Source of the DNA: the human T2T-CHM13v2.0 reference genome, Homo sapiens | Length of the DNA: 64,000 nt | Reading direction: 5' to 3' (one strand) | Assembly (NCBI RefSeq): GCF_009914755.1 | Contig: NC_060930.1 | Shown here: in pieces, positions 57,312 through 64,000 of the stretch | Position numbering within the stretch: the stretch's first letter is position 1 | Layout: each line of letters starts with the position of its first letter | Translations under genes and position numbers: made by a program | Notes under the pieces: generated by a model | Told to the model about the DNA's origin: nothing | What the model saw: only the letters and a program-made list of their open reading frames with translations | Databases searched by the model: none

Positions 57312-57718
57312 AACACTTAATACCAAAGAGGAGCAGACTTGCATCAAAAAGGATTAAACAGTCTAAGCACAGCAGCATTCATTCACCAATGTATGCACTG
57401 AACCCTTAGAAATAAATTAGAAAAGCAAATAATATCTTAGTAGATAAGTTTACTCAAGACAACCGAGAGCCTTAGAATTTGAGAACTACATCACCAAGGT
57501 GTAACATCATTTGACGGATAAAGCAAACACATTTCAAAGAAATTAAGTGACTTATCCTCAAATTATAAAACATCAACAATCTGAGATCCTGCTAAGAATG
57601 TAAGATCTTTCATGAGAATAGCATTAACACGGTGAGTGTGCATAAAAGATCCTGAAGAGATATGCCTCAAGAGAAATATATAGTATGGCAAATATTTCAA
57701 TAATACCTTTTAAAATAC

Positions 57719-57898
57719 TTTTAAAATTAATTTTTAATTTTAATTTAATAAATTTAATTAAAATTAATTTAATAAATTTAATTAAAATTAATTTAATAAA
57801 TTTAATTAAAATTAATTTAATAAATTTTAATTTATTTTTATTAAAATTAATTTAATAAATTTTAATTTAATAAATTTAATTAATTTTAAAAATTAATA
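57719..57898. repeat. Pure A/T tract with 24-bp tandem unit TAATTTAATAAATTTAATTAAAAT
   Basis: 180 nt without G or C; three exact units at 57741-57812, then degenerate copies. Confidence 0.93.
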
Positions 57899-59155
57899 CT
57901 TTTAATAATACCTTATGGTTCTTCATCCCTTAGACATTCTTGAATAAGAGTCATTGGTGGAGGAGGCTAATGATAAGGCTGATGCCCTGATGGAAGGGGG
58001 GTGATGATGCTGACCTTGACCTACGATGAGGTGTGGGTATCAGGAAGACCGTAAACAGATGGTTTAGAGAGTTTTGATGAGGGTGAATCCACAGAACCTG
58101 CTGAAACTGGTTGCCGTGAAAGGAAGAGGCAAGAATGGCTCCAAAATTTCTGATTTGGAGCAACTAAGTGGATGGCAATTGACGTAGGAAATATGAGAGC
58201 AAGAACAGGCTTGAATGAATAAATTGTAGCCAAAAAAGTTATTAGCTTGTTGTCTACATTTTCTTTAGGAGGAGTGGGTCACATAATCTGAAACCTTGCA
58301 TGTATTGGAAGTGGAGGATATGTGAGAGTGTATCTGCAAGAATATTTAACTGACAGCAAAGGAATTAGAGAAAGTTCTTGCCTGGTTGGCTTGCACGTGT
58401 TGATAAGACTCGAAAAAACAAAAACAGAAACAAAAAAAAATCAAGGGTATAATGGAGGCTTTATTCTTCTCTGTCATTTTTTTGTCAGTAAACCTTCAAA
58501 ATACCCCAATTTTAAGATGTAATTATAATAGAATTAAGTAGCTCTAAATTATATAATAATTGCATTTAGTTTTAATTATGATTACTTTTTTATTTTAGCC
58601 TTCTTGCTTGACATTTTTTTTGCAACATAATTGCAATGATGGGCAACTGGGTAGGCCTGGTTGTTCTCCTTATTTACTGTCTAGATTATTAGACAAAGGT
58701 AATATTCTGAAAATATTACCTTTGTAATGTACAGGTGAGCTATACATTTGGGGAGGGGACTATATGTCAGATTCCTTGGTTTAAAATATTATTCTTTTTG
58801 GGAGGTTTCAGAATTTCAGAGAAAAGTTCCAGAAAGAGAGTAAACCTTGGAACATTGGGCACAGATTCTTTAATGGTGGAATTTCAGGAATGGAGGCAGA
58901 TAATAATGAACATGTCTTAGGACCTAGAACAGTTGACTAGAGTGTCTCAAATCACACCTGAAAGGTAGTCAGTCACCAACTTTTTTCCTTCTTGTAGAGT
59001 CAAGAAGATAAAGCAGATAGACCACGGGCTGTGGCCTCAGACAGAGGTGAGTTCAAAAACTGTCAGATCCTTACTGTATGACCTGCTGTATATTGTTAGC
59101 CTTCCTCACTTGAAGTTTTCTCATCTATAATGTAGATGATGATAATATCCATGTT

Positions 59156-59750
59156 GTATTAGACTTCTCAGACTGCCATAACAACATATGACAGGCTGAG
59201 TGGCTGAAACATCAGAAATTGTATTTTCTTACAGGTTTAGAGGCCAAGACATCCAAGATCAGGGTGTTGGCAAATTTGGTTTTTAGTGAGGGCTTTTTTT
59301 TTTTTTTTAAGACGAAGTCTTGCTCTGTTGCCCAGGCTGGATCTCAGCTCATTGCAACCTCCCCCTCCTGGGTTCAAGCCATTCTCCTGCCTCAGTCTCC
59401 CTAGTAGCTGGGACTACAGTCACGCACCACCACGCCTAGCTAATTTTTGTATTTTTAGAAGAAACCAGGTTTCACCATGTTGGCCAGGATGGTCTCGATC
59501 TCCTGACCTCATGATCCACCTGCCTTGGCCTCCCAAAGTGCTGGGATTACAGGCGTGAGCCACCATACCTGGCCTGTTATCTCTTCTTTTAAGGACATAT
59601 TCTGCCTGATCATGGACCCACCTTTTTGACCTTACTTAACTTTGATTATTTCCTTAGAGGCTCCATCTCCAAATATAGCCACACTAGGGTTAGGACTCCA
59701 ACATATGAATTTTGGGAGGATGGGTGGACATAAACATTCAGTCCCTAACA
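59156..59750 (-). mobile_element. MaLR LTR (MLT1A-like) interrupted by an Alu
   Basis: CTGCCATAACAA...TCCAAGATCAGGGTGTTGGCA...CAACATATGAATTTTGGG...CATTCAGTCCCTAACA. Confidence 0.8.
59294..59574 (-). mobile_element. Alu (AluSc-like)
   Basis: Reverse-complement Alu with a short internal deletion. Confidence 0.92.
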
Positions 59751-61979
59751 AATGTCAAAGAGCCTCAGTGAAGATTAAGTAATATAATGGTGTTAAATAC
59801 CTGACTCTTTTCTGGTTGTAGAATACAGATAACAGAAGTTGACTTCCTTTGCCCCTTAAGAGACATGTCATGTCTATTGTATTTAAAACTATCATTCCAT
59901 TTGAAGGGTCTACTAGAGGAAACATATTTTGCCATTCTTGCTAAACGTGTTATTACATGTAACACAGCATCTATCAAAGAATGGAAGAGTGGAAATTGCT
60001 TTCTCCACTTTATTGGTCCTAATATTCCTCATTTTTGTGTTGCCTTTTGTAAGCCACCAAATCATAGTATTATTACTTTGTTTCCCTCTTGAGGAGTTAA
60101 TTCCTGAATTCTTAGGATCTTTGGCTGAAGGAGCTCAAATTGCCTTCACCTTTCTTTAAGGTGCTTTCAGAGAGTGGGGAAATTGGGGATGTTATGTAAT
60201 TATATTTTCTTCCTTTATTTTTTTTAAAAAAACAACTAAATATATTTAACTCAGCAATTCCCCTTCTTGGAATTTGTTCTAAGGCAATAACTTAAGATTG
60301 CAAATGCAAGGATATTTCCTGTAGCATTGCCTGTGACAAGCAAAATCAACTGGAAGTAACCTCTACATTTCATAGCACAGGCTTGCTTAGTCAGCATATC
60401 CATTTAATGAAATTATAGGTCACTACTGAAAAGCATGCTGTTAAAGAATATCTGTGGACATGCAGAAATATTTAGAAGCCAGGCTGTAAGTCCAATGTCA
60501 CCAGTATTTTTACAAAGAAAAATAGGCACGGAGGAATAATCTAGGACACACCCTGAGATGCTGACAGTGGTTACTTTGAGATTAAAGTTAGCATTTTCCT
60601 AGTGTTTTTTTCTTCCAATTTTCTTGTATTAACTATTAATTGTAAATATAAAATAACTTAATAAGCATTACTTTTTAAAAAGCTGAGACATCTGGAGACC
60701 CACAGTATTTTCAGTGGGGTTCTGCCTTGGTCAACATCTGTTGGGGAAGAATTGAGCACTGATGAATGCTCCTGAGGAGGGTAATTTAGGAAAAATGGGT
60801 GACACTCCAACTCAATGACTCTTTGAAAGCCCTAATGGTCAAAATGTAAGTGGATAAATTTTATATTATTATAAAATATGTCTATATAAATAATAAAAAA
60901 CTGGAAGGAATCAGAGCATAAGTCAACAGTGGCACTTATAGTGATTTTTCTTTTCTTCTTTTTATATTTTTAAAGAAGGATTTAATTTCATAATGGACAT
61001 GTTTTAATGTCATAGCATTTTTTTTTGCCACTGACTCAGTAAATGAAGGGACTGCACTTTCAGGAAAAATTAAATTTAAAGGCCTTGAGAACAAGGAAAG
61101 TGCAATATTCTTCTTAGTTTCCCTCTTAGCATCCAATATGGGCCCAAGTGCATGTTGGTGACCTGATCAAATACTGACTGGATATGTCAAGATGGATTTA
61201 TCTGTGCTACTCATGTTTCTTTACAGTGTGAACAGTTTTGAAATCAGTGGCATATTGAGCTCTAAAACAAAAAAATAAATAAAAATTGGTGGGAGAAGAA
61301 TTGCTTTCAGAATGGAGAACACATTTTTGCTTCTTCAGGAAAACAGCCAGCAGTAAGGAGATAAATCCTTGGATGAGAATCAAGGAAGTTTCTAACCACA
61401 AAGCTAACCATCAGTTGCTCATGTTGTTCCATGAGCAGATTCTGCACGGATCACCCTCAGCATTGGTTTCTCATCCAGTCACACAGGGGACATGGACTTG
61501 TTGATTATTTAGGGGTGTGTGGTTATTGGTAAAAAGCTTCCAAAGATCTTGTTCCCATCTGCTCAGCCACTTGATGGGCTAAATCCAGAGCCAAGTGTTG
61601 GGTCTTCCCTAAAACGTGCTGACCCGGAACCACAAAGCCCGGGCTCAGCCTCCAAAGCTGCCCTTCTTACAAGGAGATCAAAACCAAACTGTTACGAAAT
61701 CCATCAAAATAAATCAACTCAACCTCTGAGAATCATGAAAGCATAGTCCTCAGTGAGGGAACAATAACGATGAAGTTAAATATTTACATAGCATCTAATA
61801 CATTGCAAAGCCTTTTACTTGCACATTTGAAATTCTCTTGACCTAGTAATAAGAGAGGCAGACAAGGTCTCATTAGCCCATGTTAAGAAAAGAAGAAACA
61901 AAAACACAGATTCAGTGTTTCACCCAATGTCACCTGGTGTGTCAGTGGAAGAGGTGGGATATGGCTCCCAGGGTCCCTA

Positions 61980-62445
61980 ATTTTTTGTAAAGTCAACTTT
62001 ATTAAGGTGTAACTTACATACAAGAAAACTTGTCAATTTTAAATATACAATTCCATGAGTTATGACAAACTTTTACGATGTGTAACCACCAACACAATCG
62101 AGATATAGAACATTTCCATCACCCCCAAAGTTTCCTCTTGTCTTTGTAGTCAAATCTCCTTCCACTCCCAACCTTTGGCCACTGGCAACCACTGATCTGG
62201 ATTCTATTATTATAGCTTCACCTTTTCTTGTATTTTATGTTAGTGAAATCACACACCATATGGCCTCTTAGTATAACACTTTCTGAGATGTATCCATGCT
62301 GTTAGCTGTATTTGTAGCTCAATTATTTTTATTGCTGAGTAGTACTCCATGGTGACAGTATTCTGTTGTGTATTTTATTCTAGTAGAATTTTATTGGAAT
62401 ATATGAATATATCACAGCTTGTTCATCTGTTTACCTGTTGACCCA
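61980..62445 (-). mobile_element. L1ME-like 3' fragment
   Basis: GATATAGAACATTTCCATCACCCC...TTTTATTGCTGAGTAGTACTCCAT. Confidence 0.7.
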
Positions 62446-64000
62446 CCTTTACTTTGGGATCTACTAAAACGCTGGTGGGTACTTGCCTCCCCCATCTTTA
62501 TGTAATCTTTATGAGGGCAGTGACAGTGTCTGTCTGGGCCACGACTGTTTCCCCAGTGCCTAATACAATGTTCAGCACAGGGGAGGCACTCAGTAAAGAT
62601 TTTATGAATGAATGCATGAATGAATGAACACATGCGTCAATACATTGGTTTAGCTAATCAACTGAGAATGGAGACTGACCTATGAAAAGAACACATTATT
62701 AGCTAATTTCTCTATTTTGACCTTTTTCAGGTTCTGAGCACTAGACTAAGCTCAGTCTTTCATAAACTGAGAGAAACAATTCTTATCTTATGTGATTATT
62801 GTGAGTATTAAATGAGATAACCTATGTAAGACACTTTACACAGTGCCTGCCATGTAATAAGCACCTAATAACTTCTCTGGGTATTATAATAATTGCTATT
62901 ATTTTAATAAGAACAAATGCTATTCAAGCTATGGAACTTTGATGGGGGTTGGCAAACTCCTGTTCCCAGAAATTCAACTGAAAAACCAAGGTGTAGCTAT
63001 TAAAAGCTTTCTTCCTTTCCTGGTATGTAAAGAAATGTAACACTTCTACTCACAGGTCATCGGTGACTGACACTCTGGCTTGCATGTTTGTGCAAAGCTG
63101 TCCTTATTAGTGTAATATGTGACATTGTTTTAGAAAGTGGCTGCCATTGCAGTCTTCACACTCCCATCATTGGCAATTAGAAGGTAAATTTATATTTTAA
63201 AATTTGATTCAGAATATGAGTATAATCTCACCTGCTACCAATTCAGGAAGCCTCCTTTGCCAGTCTGTCAACTTTGATCGATTATTCTGAGAATTTCCAA
63301 AAATGCCCCCAATAGGCCTCCTATCACCTTCCCCTTGTTACTTCAACTGACATTCCTGTTAAAGTGGCAGATAATGCAATTGGCCCTAAACAGAGCTGTT
63401 GTCCACTTGCATAAAAGAATCAGCTGCACCAAAAACAATTTTGCCATTTTCAAAGGGAAATGGGATTACAGATACTATTTATTTTCTTAAATGGCTAAAC
63501 CTCCTGTTGTCTGGATCAAGTTCCATGTGTAACTTACTATCATCTTGCTTCCATTAAAAGACCTCAAAACTGAATGACTTTTCTAGGACAAACAAAAAAT
63601 CCCCAAACCAAGCCCTACCCATTCTTTCTCCAATACCACCCCTATCTGAAGAATTGTATCTGTCTGTGGCTGCCTCACACCCAGCCTGCAGCCATGGCAC
63701 TATTTTCTATGACTAACATTGTCTCCCTTCTTAAAATACTTTAGGATCCAAGAATCCTCAGATGCCCTGGAAGGTCTTCACAGCTAACGATCAAGTGTCC
63801 CTTTTGCAATTTAAGCCTGTTTCCTTGTACCCTTATTTCAGAAGCAGTAGAAAAACTTCTTCATAGGAATCACATTTCCTTTCAGAGAAAAGTCCAGCTC
63901 AATTGTGTCTTCCCTTCACTCAACAATTTCCATGTGTTAAGTATTCTCTCCCAGATGTCACAGTCCAACTAGGCCGCGTGAGCAGCGATAATCCCTCTAA

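Overview
Primate, very likely human, genomic DNA that I recognise from memory as chr6p12.3. Positions 1 to ~11.3 kb are the 5' end of PLA2G7 (Lp-PLA2, plasma PAF acetylhydrolase) on the minus strand: intron 1, the non-coding first exon in a CpG island, and a probable alternative first exon. No PLA2G7 coding exon is visible. The complete five-exon ANKRD66 gene lies on the plus strand at ~22.56-35.0 kb. Its exons join by GT-AG splicing into a 196-aa ankyrin-repeat ORF from ATG 27597, extendable in frame to 211 or 251 aa. The remaining ~29 kb is intergenic (MEP1A should lie beyond the right edge, from recalled gene order) and rich in repeats: Alus, L1 fragments, MaLR/ERVL/ERV1 LTRs including a complete solo LTR12C, hAT DNA transposons and simple repeats. 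I found no new multi-gene system. The most interesting observations are: an exonised MER5A transposon that supplies ANKRD66 exon 2 and a strong in-frame AUG; an overlapping uORF spanning three exons; two unexplained mRNA-like inserts in ANKRD66 introns; a miR-1302-type MER53 palindrome upstream of PLA2G7; an internally deleted Alu with a long A tail; and a CTCF plus NF-kB motif pair beside a 180-bp pure A/T tract. Gene and repeat-family names come from recall, not database searches. Repeat boundaries without target-site duplications (TSDs) are approximate.
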